Positions 1 to 10,572 of a DNA stretch of 32,000 nucleotides are shown here, piece by piece. Each line of letters opens with the position of its first letter. The first letter of the stretch is position 1. This stretch comes from Methanococcus maripaludis (GTDB lineage: Archaea; AGJL01; Methanococci; Methanococcales; Methanococcaceae), in NCBI RefSeq assembly GCF_002945325.1, contig NZ_CP026606.1, forward strand, positions 870,001-902,000, read 5' to 3'. Position numbers and translations under genes: made by a program. The notes beneath the pieces were generated by a model. That model was not told the origin of the DNA, ran no database searches, and saw only the letters and a program-made list of their open reading frames with translations.

Positions 1-1
1 A

Positions 2-199
2 GAAACGGTTCCAGAACAAGCTTCTTGTTCCATTGGACAGTTTTTCGTTTATCCGAAAATTGATGATACATTCTTTGTTGTTGGAACTGATTCTGATCCC
101 AGAAGTATGGGTATAACAAGAGCCGCATATTCTGTTGAAGTCATGTTATCGGAATTTAAAAATATTTATGATACACAAAAAGAAACTGCTAAAAAATAA
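2..199 (+). CDS. C-terminal fragment of an unidentified protein (5' end outside the window)
   Basis: An open frame runs from the window edge (ETVPEQASCSIGQFFVYPKIDDTFFVVGTDSDPRSMGITRAAYSVEVMLSEFKNIYDTQKETAKK) to TAA at 197-199. The next gene's RBS follows closely. Confidence 0.6.
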   Translation, partial: ETVPEQASCSIGQFFVYPKIDDTFFVVGTDSDPRSMGITRAAYSVEVMLSEFKNIYDTQKETAKK

Positions 200-230
200 A
201 TTATAAATTAAATTTAAATTGGTGAATTAT

Positions 231-788
231 ATGAGCAAATTATTAGAAGAATCGTTGAAAACATGCCCTATTGTAAAAAGAGGAGAATACCACTATTTTA
301 TACACCCCATATCTGATGGAGTTCCTCTTGTTGAACCAGAATTATTGAGAGATGTTTCTACGAGAGTTATTAAGATGATAGATACTGATGTTGATAAAAT
401 AGTAACTGCGGAAGCCATGGGAATCCCAATTGTAACTGCCGTATCCATTGCAACAGATATTCCATATGTTATAATGAGAAAAAGAGAGTACTTGCTTGAA
501 GGAGAAATTCCAGTTCACCAAGAAACTGGATACAGTAAAGGAGAACTCTACTTAAACGGTATAAATAAAGGGGATAAAGTTGTAATCCTTGATGACGTTA
601 TATCAACAGGCGGAACCCTTGTTGCAATCATAAACGCTTTGAAAAGAGCTGGCGCAGATATCAAAGATGTTTTGTGTATAATCGATAGAGGAAACGGGCA
701 AAACATCGTTGAAGAAAAAACCGGATACAAAGTAAAAACTATTGTAAAGATTGAAGTTGTTGACGGAAAAGTAAACATTTTAGAATAA
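231..788 (+). CDS. hpt: Hypoxanthine/adenine-type phosphoribosyltransferase
   Basis: PRPP-binding motif [14 protein letters not shown]. Start moved from 219 to the ATG at 231 (MSKLLEE...), preceded by GGTGA. Confidence 0.88.
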   Translation: MSKLLEESLKTCPIVKRGEYHYFIHPISDGVPLVEPELLRDVSTRVIKMIDTDVDKIVTAEAMGIPIVTAVSIATDIPYVIMRKREYLLEGEIPVHQETGYSKGELYLNGINKGDKVVILDDVISTGGTLVAIINALKRAGADIKDVLCIIDRGNGQNIVEEKTGYKVKTIVKIEVVDGKVNILE

Positions 789-803
789 TTTTCGGGTGAA
801 ATT

Positions 804-1412
804 TTGGAAATAAACCCTTCAAAAATAGTATGTGCAGGATTAAATTACAAGAATCATGCAGAAGAACTTAAAATGAAGTTGCCAAAAGAGCCAGTTATAT
901 TTTTAAAGCCTACTTCTTCAATAATTTATAACGAAGAAGCCGTCAAAATACCAAAAGCATCTGAAAGAGTAGATTACGAAGCTGAACTTGCAATTGTAAT
1001 TGGAAAAACGTGTAAATCTGTAAAAAAAGAAGATGCTAAAAATTACATAAAAGGATTTACAATATTAAACGATGTTACTGCACGAGACCTTCAGGAAAAA
1101 GACGGGCAGTGGACAAGAGCTAAATCTTTTGATACTTTTTGCCCAGTGGGTCCAAAAATAGTGTCTGGAATCGATGCAAATAACTTAAAAATACAGTTGA
1201 GAGTTAATGGAAAAATAAAACAGGATTCAAACACCAATAACATGATATTTAGTGTCGAAGAACTTGTTGAATTTGTTTCTTCGATAATGACACTTTACCC
1301 TGATGACATTATTTCAACAGGAACTCCTCCGGGGGTTGGAAAACTTGAAAAAGGAGATATTGTCGAAATTGAAATTGAAAACATTGGAATTTTGAAAAAT
1401 TTCGTTGAATAA
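804..1412 (+). CDS. Fumarylacetoacetate hydrolase (FAH) family protein
   Basis: KIVCAGLNYKNHAEEL..., YEAELAIVIGK, GFTILNDVTARDLQ, DIISTGTPPGVG are FAH-family motifs. Likely TTG start after GGTGA. Confidence 0.85.
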   Translation: MEINPSKIVCAGLNYKNHAEELKMKLPKEPVIFLKPTSSIIYNEEAVKIPKASERVDYEAELAIVIGKTCKSVKKEDAKNYIKGFTILNDVTARDLQEKDGQWTRAKSFDTFCPVGPKIVSGIDANNLKIQLRVNGKIKQDSNTNNMIFSVEELVEFVSSIMTLYPDDIISTGTPPGVGKLEKGDIVEIEIENIGILKNFVE

Positions 1413-1439
1413 ATTAATATTTTTTATTTTTGTGATAAT

Positions 1440-2555
1440 TTGAAAATCGGAATTGTTGTACACGGGCCTGAAATCATTGATTCAGGATTTGCAGAAAAAA
1501 TCTTTGCTATTTTAAAAAATTTAGATGAAAATATCAATTTACAGATAAAATTAGGGGGAACTATCGGGAGAGTTGCAGTAATTGACAGTTCTCTTGAAGA
1601 TATCATTGACATTTCTGAAAAGTTAGTTCCATCAAAATCGCTTAAAAAACTTGAAAATAATGATATATTAATTCTTTTAAACTACGGAAAATCAAAAATT
1701 ACTGGCCACACCTTCGGAAAAATTGTTGTTGAAAGATCAGGTGTTGAAAAACCAGTAATTCAGATTGAAAGGCCCGGAGAAACTGACGGAACGATAATTT
1801 TGTGGAATACTACAAAAGATAATGAAATTTTAGGAAAAATAGTAACTGAAATCTCAGATAAACTCGATTTGAACGTTGAAGAGTGTATCAGTAAGGGATT
1901 AAATTTCTGGGTTGAAGGAACTAAATCATTTAGAAAAATAAATGGGGTGGATATTAACGAGTCCATCATGTTAAACGGTATTATAATTGGACGAAGTAAC
2001 CAAAACGACGTTACAATAGTTTCTGAAAATGGAAATATTGTTGATATCATTGGCGGAACTGTCAAGTGGCATGGTGTTGAAAAGTTAGGAAATATCGACC
2101 TTGAAAAAGTTGTTGTGAAAACTGGACTTTTGAGGCGCCACCCTTCAAAAAACCAAAAAATTGCCAAATATAACTTAAATTCAGATTTAGGAGAAGTTTT
2201 ATTTGTAAACCATGCTGGAGAAGACGTTTTAGAAACGGTAAGGAACAAAAAAATATGTGCTGTTGTAACGGTTGGTGACGATACAACAACAATCTGCGGA
2301 GATATCCTCTCAAGATTCGGGGTTAAAATAATTGGAATTACTGATGGGGATAGAGACGATATCCTGAAAAATCCAAGTATTTTAAGAGGTTCTGTGGTAT
2401 TCCTGATTAAAAATCAAAAAGATGACGATGTTGGAGAATTACTTGAAAGAGAACTCAGTAATCTGGAAAAATTGGGAAATTTTGAAAAATACGTGGAAAC
2501 TATAAAACAAATAATGAAGAAAGAATATATTGAATTTGAAGAAATAATCCATTGA
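1440..2555 (+). CDS. DUF2117-type conserved archaeal protein of unknown function
   Basis: Long ORF in a co-directional cluster starting MKIGIVVHGPEIIDSGFAEKI. C-terminal VTVGDDTTTICGDILSRFGVKIIGITDGDRDDI. TTG start after GTGAT. Confidence 0.7.
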   Translation: MKIGIVVHGPEIIDSGFAEKIFAILKNLDENINLQIKLGGTIGRVAVIDSSLEDIIDISEKLVPSKSLKKLENNDILILLNYGKSKITGHTFGKIVVERSGVEKPVIQIERPGETDGTIILWNTTKDNEILGKIVTEISDKLDLNVEECISKGLNFWVEGTKSFRKINGVDINESIMLNGIIIGRSNQNDVTIVSENGNIVDIIGGTVKWHGVEKLGNIDLEKVVVKTGLLRRHPSKNQKIAKYNLNSDLGEVLFVNHAGEDVLETVRNKKICAVVTVGDDTTTICGDILSRFGVKIIGITDGDRDDILKNPSILRGSVVFLIKNQKDDDVGELLERELSNLEKLGNFEKYVETIKQIMKKEYIEFEEIIH

Positions 2556-2573
2556 GTTTAAAATGGGGATTTT

Positions 2574-4079
2574 ATGAAATATTTGGATTTTATGATAGAT
2601 TTTTTTGAAAATAAAGGTGTTAAATCTGTTTTCGCATATCCTGGAGAGCAGATTCTTCCAATTTATAGGGCACTTCATGAAAATTCGAAAATAAACTGTA
2701 TCGATGTAAAGCACGAACAGGCTTCAGCCCATGCAGCTGATGGATACTTTAGAATTACAAATGAAGTTGGGATCTGCCTTGCAACTGCGGGACCCGGTGC
2801 TACAAATTTAACTACAGGAATTGCAACTGCTTTTAAAGATTCTTCTTCAATTCTCGCACTTACGGGCAGGTGTTCTACAAATTATATTGAAAAGAATTAT
2901 TTTCAAGAAATTCCGATGGATTTTTTAAATTTTGAAAAAGGATATTTTGTTGAAAATGCTGAGTCCAAATATTTAATAAATTCATATAATGATTCTTATG
3001 AAATTAAAAAGCCAATTTCATTAAATATTCCTGCAGATATCTACAATAAAGAAGTTATTGATTCAAAACTGGATTTAGCAAACAAAAATAATGGATCTGT
3101 TGAAACTGCAATTTCAACGATAAAAAAACATAAAAACGCTAAAAATCCAGTTTTACTTATCGGTCAGGGAATATACGGCAATTTAAAGTATTCTGAAATG
3201 ATTGAAATTGGTGAAATTTTAAAAAAGCTTCAAATTCCAATAATAACTACATATCCTACAAGAGGAGTTATTGATGAGAATTTTGAAAATGCATACGGCA
3301 TGGTTGGAAGAAGGGGAAGTTTAAAATCGAATGAACTCATTTTAAAAAGCGATGCGGTATTTTCAATAGGTGCGAGTCTTTCGTACAATACACTTCCAGA
3401 AAGCATAAGGGATAAAATTTTATATAATGTAATTCCCCTTAATTTAGGTATCAATAGTACCAACGACATTAAGACTATTGTAAATACATTTAATGAAAAC
3501 GTTTCTTCCGGCCACGTTAAGCCGTCCGGACAAAATTTAAGCCGAAACGAATTTAAATTCGGCGACTATTCTACTAAAATCCATGAAATATTGGAAAACT
3601 TACCTAAAGATACAATAATAACTACGGATGCTGGAAATCACACTGTTTTCGTTTCTTTATTAAAAAAATGTGTGGCTCCGCGAAATATCATTTCTTCTCA
3701 TTCAATGGGCACCATGGGCTTTGGACTTCCCGCTTCAATTGGTGTTAAATTTGGATGCAATGATTACAATATAAACCGAGAAGTCGTTTCCATCAGCGGA
3801 GACGGCGGTTTTCAGATGAATATCCAAGAACTTGGGACTGTCGCTGAAAACAACTTAAAAATACTTATTGTAGTGATGAAAAACAATCATTTAAACATGT
3901 TTGGCAAAATCAATACGCCCGATTTCAATAAAATTGCGGATGCATACGGAATTGAAAATGTTTACATTCAAAATAGCGATGAAATCGGTGAAAATGTATC
4001 TTACTTCTTAAAAAAGAGCATTCCATACGTTATGGTCGTAGAATGCGAAAATGAAATACTTCCAAAACCGTTTATTTAA
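2574..4079 (+). CDS. Thiamine-diphosphate-dependent enzyme, acetolactate synthase large subunit-like
   Basis: VFAYPGEQILPIY, HEQASAHAADGYFR, ATAGPGATNLTTGIATA; C-terminal ThDP motif GDGGFQMNIQELGTVAENNLKILIVVMKNN. Confidence 0.85.
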   Translation: MKYLDFMIDFFENKGVKSVFAYPGEQILPIYRALHENSKINCIDVKHEQASAHAADGYFRITNEVGICLATAGPGATNLTTGIATAFKDSSSILALTGRCSTNYIEKNYFQEIPMDFLNFEKGYFVENAESKYLINSYNDSYEIKKPISLNIPADIYNKEVIDSKLDLANKNNGSVETAISTIKKHKNAKNPVLLIGQGIYGNLKYSEMIEIGEILKKLQIPIITTYPTRGVIDENFENAYGMVGRRGSLKSNELILKSDAVFSIGASLSYNTLPESIRDKILYNVIPLNLGINSTNDIKTIVNTFNENVSSGHVKPSGQNLSRNEFKFGDYSTKIHEILENLPKDTIITTDAGNHTVFVSLLKKCVAPRNIISSHSMGTMGFGLPASIGVKFGCNDYNINREVVSISGDGGFQMNIQELGTVAENNLKILIVVMKNNHLNMFGKINTPDFNKIADAYGIENVYIQNSDEIGENVSYFLKKSIPYVMVVECENEILPKPFI

Positions 4080-4108
4080 AATTAACACATAACTTATTCG
4101 GTGAAAAT

Positions 4109-4981
4109 ATGTCAAACGAATTATTTGAGACCCTTACAAGTAACATTCACTTTAATGTGACAGAAATGGGTAGAAAAACGTGGAATCAGAACTGGATGGT
4201 TCCTGAAAATCTTATTACAATTGTAGGACTTAAGAATGGTAAAAAACCTGTATTTTACTACGGGCTTACTGAAAATTACAGAACAAACTTCGTTTTAAAA
4301 AAAGGAACTTCAGAAAATGGCAACAAATACATAAATGCCAGAGTTTACTTCAGATTCTGTAAAGATACAATTGTTGAAAAAGAAAAATACGTTGTTGCAA
4401 ATGGATTTAACGGCCTATTACTTGGAATAAAAATAGGAAAAACTGAATTTATAAACACTTTCAAAAGTATGCTCCTTGAAGAGTACAGAAGAGGAGATAC
4501 ACATACTATCGAAGTTTTAGAAAGAATGAAAGATAGAAATGTCTTTGAATCCGTTGAAGAAAGTGCACAGTACATTGCTGATAGAGATTACAACTGGTTA
4601 ATCGGCAGATTAAAATACAAAGGTAAATTATTCAATTATTCAGGCCAAGGCTACTGGTTACTTCCTTTGAAAACCCAGATGGAATTAACTAAAGGGTTCA
4701 TTGAAGAGGAATGTGATTTAACAATTGATCTTGAAAATACGGAAGTTTTCGAAAACTACCTTATCTACGTTGACACAGTAAACAGTGTTGTTAGATACAA
4801 TGGTGAGAGACTCTGTACTTCAGGATATTCACTTGCTGAAGAGTTAAAAAAACATAGTGATGAGAATACCTGTCCTTGGTGTGGAGAAAAGTTAAGACTT
4901 ATCAAAACTAAAAAAGGAGAATTTTTAGGATGCTCTTCATACCCTAAATGTCTTTACAGACGATTCTTAAATAAAAAATAA
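4109..4981 (+). CDS. Unknown protein with C-terminal topoisomerase-type C4 zinc-finger domain
   Basis: C-terminus CPWCGEKLRLIKTKKGEFLGCSSYPKCLYRRFL matches the zf-C4_Topoisom pattern. N-terminal ~250 aa not recognised. GGTGA RBS. Confidence 0.7.
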   Translation: MSNELFETLTSNIHFNVTEMGRKTWNQNWMVPENLITIVGLKNGKKPVFYYGLTENYRTNFVLKKGTSENGNKYINARVYFRFCKDTIVEKEKYVVANGFNGLLLGIKIGKTEFINTFKSMLLEEYRRGDTHTIEVLERMKDRNVFESVEESAQYIADRDYNWLIGRLKYKGKLFNYSGQGYWLLPLKTQMELTKGFIEEECDLTIDLENTEVFENYLIYVDTVNSVVRYNGERLCTSGYSLAEELKKHSDENTCPWCGEKLRLIKTKKGEFLGCSSYPKCLYRRFLNKK

Positions 4982-5025
4982 AATATTTCTTTTTTTTAAT
5001 TATCAATTTTTTTGGTGAAGTTTCA

Positions 5026-7341
5026 ATGACTGCAAAACGAATAGATGTCAAAGGCATCGTTCAGGGCGTTGGTTTTAGACCATTTGTATACCGAATTGCT
5101 AAAAAAAATGACCTGAACGGCTACGTCAAAAATATGGGAAATTACGTTGAAATAGTTGTTTCTGGGAAATTAAATAATATTGACGCTTTTTTATCAGATT
5201 TGAAACTCGAAAAACCGCCACTATCAAAAATCGATAACATTTCAATTGAAGATATAGATGAAAATGAAAATTTAAACGAAATTTACAACGATTTTACAAT
5301 AAAATTAAGTGATACTTCCGAAATCGAGGAAGAAGGAACGATTCCTCCAGATATATCGATATGTGATGAATGTTTAAAAGAAATAATGGATAAAAAGGAC
5401 AGACGATCAAATTACGCATTCACTGCATGTACAAACTGCGGCCCAAGGTTTACGGTCATTGAAAAATTGCCGTATGATAGAGAAAACACGTCGATGAATG
5501 ATTTTCCATTGTGCAAAAGCTGTATTGAAGAATATAAAAATCCAGAAGATAGAAGATTCCACGCTCAAGCTACCTGCTGTGATATTTGCGGTCCTGAACT
5601 TTTTATAACTGACACTTCTGGAAAAATAATAAGTAATGACATATGCGATGCAGTTAAATTCCTTGAAAATGGAAAAATTCTAGCAATTAAAGGAATTGGT
5701 GGAACTCACCTTGTTTGTTCAATTAATTCTGATAAATCAGTTTTAGAACTTCGAAAAAGACTTAATAGGCCAACTCAAGCTTTTGCAGTTATGAGTCGGG
5801 AGGAATATCTTGATTTATTTTCAAAAATCGATAAAAACGAATTAAATACAATTAAATCTGCAAAAAAACCAATTGTTGCCTTGAAAAAAAATGAATCTTA
5901 TGAAAAATATTTTTCAAAACACGTTTCAAACCTGAACACGATTGGAGTAATGCTTCCTTATTCGGGCCTACACTACCTTCTTTTTGAAAATACTGATCAA
6001 ATTGCATATATAATGACCTCTGCAAACTTGCCTGGGCTTCCAATGTCAATAGACAACGATCAGATTTTGGAAAAATTGGAAAATATTGCAGATTATTTTT
6101 TACTACACAACCGAAAGATTGTAAATAGGTGTGACGACAGCGTTTTAAAAGAAATAAATGGAAAAATGGAACTTTTAAGGCGTTCTAGAGGTTTTGCTCC
6201 AGAACCTGTTGAAGTAAATTATGAAAAAATTAAAAAAAGTTCAAAAAACATTCTTGCACTTGGCCCTGAATTAAACTCTGTTGCGTGTTTAGTTAAAAAT
6301 AACAAGTTTTATTTAACACAATATATTGGAAACACGGGAAAATACGAGACTTTTAATTATTTAAAAGACGCTGTAGAAAATTTGATAAAAATCACCAATA
6401 CAAACAAAATTGATGCAGTAGTTTGTGATTTGCATCCTTCGTTTAATTCAACACTTTTTGCAAATGAACTTGGAGAAAAGTACCAAATTCCTGTAACTCA
6501 GGTGCAACACCATGAAAGCCACTGCTATTCATTGATGGGTGATTCGGATATTTTTGAAAATAACGTCACAATTGCAATCGACGGCCTTGGATACGGAAAT
6601 GACGGAAATATCTGGGGTGGAGAAGTATTTTTATTTAAAAATGGAAAAATTGAAAGAGCCGGACACCTTGAAGAACAAATTCAGCCAGGAGCAGACCTTG
6701 CATCAAAATACCCCTTAAGAATGCTTGCGTCGATACTAAATAAAGCTAATTTAAATGTTTCTGAAATTATTAAGAAATATAATTACTTTTCAGAGAAAGA
6801 ACTGAAATTAATATTGTTCCAGCTTGAAAAAAATATCAATGTTTCAAAAACTACATCAACTGGAAGAGTGTTAGACTCCATTTCTGCACTGGTTTCACTT
6901 TGTTTTGAAAGAACATACGATGGTGAACCATCGATAAGGCTTGAAGCGCTTGCAAATGAATACACTGGAGAAATATCAGAAATTGAAAAATTGGTGGAAG
7001 AGTCCATTAAAATTGAAAATAACATACTAGATACCACTTCATTGGTTGTTAAATCCTTAAAAATGCTAAATAACAATGAAAAAATTGAAAAAATAGCATA
7101 TTTCATCCATGTTGCAATTGCAGACGGGTTATCAAAAATTGCAATTGAAACTGCGAAAAAACAAAGTATTGAATATATCGGAATTACTGGTGGAGTTTCA
7201 TATAACAAAATAATTTCTGAAAGAATCGTTGAAAACATTAAAAAAGAATCTTTAAAACCATTAATTCACGAAAGAATTCCAAATGGGGACGGCGGAATTT
7301 CATTTGGTCAAGCTATTGGCTATCTTTTAAATTCTAATTAA
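5026..7341 (+). CDS. hypF: Carbamoyltransferase HypF, [NiFe]-hydrogenase maturation
   Basis: Acylphosphatase domain (RIDVKGIVQGVGFRPFVYRIA), two zinc-finger repeats (CDECLKE...CTNCGPRFT; CKSCIEE...CCDICGP), C-terminal carbamoyltransferase domain (VQHHESHCYSLMGD, GLGYGNDGNIWGGE). Confidence 0.95.
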   Translation: MTAKRIDVKGIVQGVGFRPFVYRIAKKNDLNGYVKNMGNYVEIVVSGKLNNIDAFLSDLKLEKPPLSKIDNISIEDIDENENLNEIYNDFTIKLSDTSEIEEEGTIPPDISICDECLKEIMDKKDRRSNYAFTACTNCGPRFTVIEKLPYDRENTSMNDFPLCKSCIEEYKNPEDRRFHAQATCCDICGPELFITDTSGKIISNDICDAVKFLENGKILAIKGIGGTHLVCSINSDKSVLELRKRLNRPTQAFAVMSREEYLDLFSKIDKNELNTIKSAKKPIVALKKNESYEKYFSKHVSNLNTIGVMLPYSGLHYLLFENTDQIAYIMTSANLPGLPMSIDNDQILEKLENIADYFLLHNRKIVNRCDDSVLKEINGKMELLRRSRGFAPEPVEVNYEKIKKSSKNILALGPELNSVACLVKNNKFYLTQYIGNTGKYETFNYLKDAVENLIKITNTNKIDAVVCDLHPSFNSTLFANELGEKYQIPVTQVQHHESHCYSLMGDSDIFENNVTIAIDGLGYGNDGNIWGGEVFLFKNGKIERAGHLEEQIQPGADLASKYPLRMLASILNKANLNVSEIIKKYNYFSEKELKLILFQLEKNINVSKTTSTGRVLDSISALVSLCFERTYDGEPSIRLEALANEYTGEISEIEKLVEESIKIENNILDTTSLVVKSLKMLNNNEKIEKIAYFIHVAIADGLSKIAIETAKKQSIEYIGITGGVSYNKIISERIVENIKKESLKPLIHERIPNGDGGISFGQAIGYLLNSN

Positions 7342-7390
7342 GTTATTTTAAAAAAAGAAAAAAGAAATTAGGCATTACCTGTAACTATTA

Positions 7391-8518
7391 TTATTTATAT
7401 AAAAACGGCATACTGTCGTCAATTCCTGGCACAAATCCAGTAGTTTCCCTGATTTTCAGTTGCGCTCTGTGATATATTTTTGCTAGTGGAATTTCTACAG
7501 GACATACGTCTTCGCACTGTCCACAGTTTATACAGCTGAAACTCATGTGTGAAAGCCTGATTCCCTGGAACATTATTGGATCAGGAGGTATTGTTCCTTT
7601 ATCAAGATAGTCTTCACCTAAAGCACATTCTTTACAGAAACATATTGGACATACATCCCTACAACCGTAGCATTTTATGCATCTGCTCCAGTATTCATCC
7701 CATTTTTCAGGTGAAGGATATTTTTCGTCCAATTGTTCTTTTTGGAATTTTTTACCGAGATTAATCATTGATTTCTCGATTTTTCCCCTGATTTCAAGCG
7801 CTTTTTCAGAAGGTGCTTTAACATTTATGTAGCCTTCTTTTTGTGCGTTTTTAAGTAATTCTTCTCCTTTTTCGGAACCAACTTCTACAAAAGTCCATCC
7901 TTTTTCAGTACCCCAATTTCCGCAGGCAAGATCTGAATTTCTTGGAACTTTTAATTCGCATCTTTGACAGTTTGTTCTTCTTCCGTATCCTTCTTCTTCG
8001 AGTTCATCGATTTTGACGGATTTTTCACTTCCATCTTTTAATTCAATTATGAATTTTCCTTTATCGATTTCTTCTTTGATTACATCTTCTGGATCTACAT
8101 CGTAAAAGAGTTCAATCATCTTTTTTGCTGTTTGTGGGGGAACTGTTCCACCACAATTCAATCCAATTGTATATAATTTATCTTTATCAATTTGATGTCT
8201 TTTTTCAAGCTCTACTATCGCCATTGCATCACATGGCTTTACAGATACTGCAAGATTCATGTCTTTCAAGTGCTTGCTTATCATGTTTCCAAACATTGTT
8301 GGAGCGCAGTGAAGTGAACCGCAAGTTTCTACCAGTTCTTTTGAGTCGTTAACCAAATAAGGAAGTCCGTCATAAACGTCTTCTCCTTTTTTAAGTGCTA
8401 AAACTCCATCAACCAGTTTTTTATCAAGAAGGTACTTGAAAAATGCAGTAACTGCCCCACCACATTCCGCATGCTTTAAAATATCTTCGTCCGTTGACTG
8501 AACTAAATAATAGCTCAT
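7391..8518 (-). CDS. fdhB: Formate dehydrogenase beta subunit (F420-reducing)
   Basis: FrhB/FdhB-type sequence with two ferredoxin motifs, [19 protein letters not shown] and [16 protein letters not shown]. Immediately downstream of fdhA. Confidence 0.93.
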   Translation of the reverse strand: MSYYLVQSTDEDILKHAECGGAVTAFFKYLLDKKLVDGVLALKKGEDVYDGLPYLVNDSKELVETCGSLHCAPTMFGNMISKHLKDMNLAVSVKPCDAMAIVELEKRHQIDKDKLYTIGLNCGGTVPPQTAKKMIELFYDVDPEDVIKEEIDKGKFIIELKDGSEKSVKIDELEEEGYGRRTNCQRCELKVPRNSDLACGNWGTEKGWTFVEVGSEKGEELLKNAQKEGYINVKAPSEKALEIRGKIEKSMINLGKKFQKEQLDEKYPSPEKWDEYWSRCIKCYGCRDVCPICFCKECALGEDYLDKGTIPPDPIMFQGIRLSHMSFSCINCGQCEDVCPVEIPLAKIYHRAQLKIRETTGFVPGIDDSMPFLYK

Positions 8519-8541
8519 TTAAATCACCTCAAAAATAATTA

Positions 8542-10572
8542 TTAAATTTTTTCAACTTTAACGGCACATATTTTTAGTTCTGCGGTTTTTGATACTGGGT
8601 CATACGCGGAATTTGTTAGTTTGTTTGTTGCTTCCTCTAAAAAGTGGAATGACATGTAAACTACTCCTTTTATGACGTTTTCAGTTACTCGGGCATTTGC
8701 ATTTACAGTTCCCCTTCTTGAGGAAACTCTAACTTTTTCTCCAGGCTTTATTCCCAATTCTTTGGCATCTTCAGTATTTATTTCAATGAAGTTTTCATCA
8801 ATCTCATTTGTAATACTCTCACACCTTCTGGTCATTGTTCCAGAGTTGTAGTGAAAGATTATTCTTCCAGTAGTAAGTATGAGTGGGTATTCTTCATCAA
8901 TAAGCTCATCAGCATCTTTATGTTCAACTGGAGTAAATTTACCGAGTCCGTTTGGCCTTAAGAATTTTTCTTTGTGGAGTATTGGAGTTCCAGGGTCTTC
9001 TGGAGTTTTACATGGCCACTGAAGTCCATCAATGCCGAGTCTTTCAAAAGACATTCCTGCATATTGTGGAATAACTTTTGCCATTTCATCGAATATTTCT
9101 GATGCACTTTCGAACTTGAGTTTTTCGCCAGCACCCATTTTTTCAGCAAGTTTTCGAACAATAAGCCAGTCTGGAAGTGCTTCCCCAGGTGCGTCAACTG
9201 CTTTTCTGATTCTTTGTACTCTTCTTTCAGAATTTGTGAATGTTCCGTCTTTTTCAGCCCAGCAAGCTGCAGGAAGTACAACATCTGCAAGTTTTGCAGT
9301 TTCAGTTAAGAAGATATCTTGAACTACAAAGAGATCTAAACTTTTCAAAGCTTTTTCAACGTGGTTTATATCTGCATCAGCAACCATTGGGTCTTCCCCA
9401 ACAATGTGGAGATATTTTATCTGTTTTCCAGCTTCATGTAAAACTTCGGGACTTGTTAATCCAATTTCTCTGTTTAAATCTGCTGTTTCCCATAAGTCTT
9501 CGAGTCTTTCATAAGCTTCTCCAACTTTCTGGTATCCTGGGAATACGTTTGGAAGTGCACCCATGTCACATGCACCTTGAACGTTATTCTGACCTCTTAA
9601 TGGGTTTACACCAGTTCCGGGCCTTCCAAGGTTTCCTGTAACCATTGCAAGGTTACAGCATGATTTAACGTTATCCACACCAAATGTATATTCAGTAACA
9701 CCTAAACAATACATTATAGACGCGTTTTCTGCACTTCCGTACATTCTTGCTGCTTCGAGAATTGTTTCTGCAGGTATTCCTGAAAGTTCTGCTGTTTTTT
9801 CGAGAGTATACTTTGAAACTACATCTTTTAGTTCATCGTAACCTTCGGTTCTGTTTTTAATAAATTCTTCATCAGCCATTCCTTCTTGGATGATGATATT
9901 CGTAATAGTATTTATCAAATCGATATTTGATCCAGGAATAAGCTTTAAATGTAAATCTGCCATTTTTGCAGTGTGTGTTGTTCTTGGATCGATTGCAATT
10001 ATTTTAGTACCATTTTCTTTGGCATTTACAATACTTCTTGCTATTAAAGGGTGAGCTTCAAAAGTATTGGAACCGTAGATAAGCAATACATCTGCTTGTG
10101 CTAAATCAGTGATTGAATTGGTCATTGCACCTGAACCAAAACATTCTCCGAGACCTACAACTGTTGGAGCGTGTCATATCCTCGCACAGTGATCTACGTT
10201 GTTCGTTTTGAGTACAGTTCTTGCAAATTTCTGCAAAGCATAGCTCTCTTCATTTGTGCCTCTCGCACATGAAAAGAATGCTACTTCATCAGGAGAATAT
10301 TGTTTTAATTTTCCTGCGATAAGATCTAATGCTTCATCCCATGTAGCTTCAATAAACTCCCCGTTCTTTTTTATGAGGGGTTTTGTCAGCCTGTCTTCGC
10401 TATGAACAAACTCATAGCAGTAATTACCTTTTATACAGACTTTACCCTCGTTTACAGGGTGTCTTTTGAAAGGGTGGGAATCTACTACTTTACCGTCCTT
10501 AACTACGAGGTCAATACCGCAACCCGTTCCACAGTAGGGGCATATGGTATGAACAACCTTAAATTCGGTCAT
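8542..10572 (-). CDS. fdhA: Formate dehydrogenase alpha subunit, selenocysteine-containing (in-frame TGA at 10176..10174)
   Basis: ORFs 10174..10629 and 8542..10125 lie in one frame separated by a single TGA. Read-through gives ...[29 protein letters not shown]..., where FdhA homologues carry Cys or Sec. N-terminal 4Fe-4S motif [17 protein letters not shown]. Start at the ATG at 10572 (MTEFKVVHT) after GGTGG. Confidence 0.93.
10174..10176 (-). other. fdhA: Predicted selenocysteine codon (UGA) in fdhA
   Basis: TGA in the sense GTAGATCACTGTGCGAGGATA-TGA-CACGCTCCAACAGTTGTAGGT. Strong FdhA homology continues on both sides in the same frame. Confidence 0.92.

Noticed and set aside
1760-2248. 162-aa antisense ORF opposite the DUF2117 gene (and 1424..1612 minus)
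   Set aside because: Overlaps a coherent long gene on the other strand; low-complexity composition; no family features.
6783-7238. 151-aa antisense ORF opposite hypF
   Set aside because: Ser/Phe-rich shadow translation of a well-supported gene.
8958-9641. Several plus- and minus-strand ORFs (8958..9290, 9032..9322, 9240..9641) within fdhA
   Set aside because: All lie inside fdhA in other frames and lack support.
10174-10176. Frameshift or pseudogene explanation for the split fdhA
   Set aside because: Both halves are in the same frame, only a single TGA intervenes, and the conserved sequence continues immediately. Selenocysteine explains it better.
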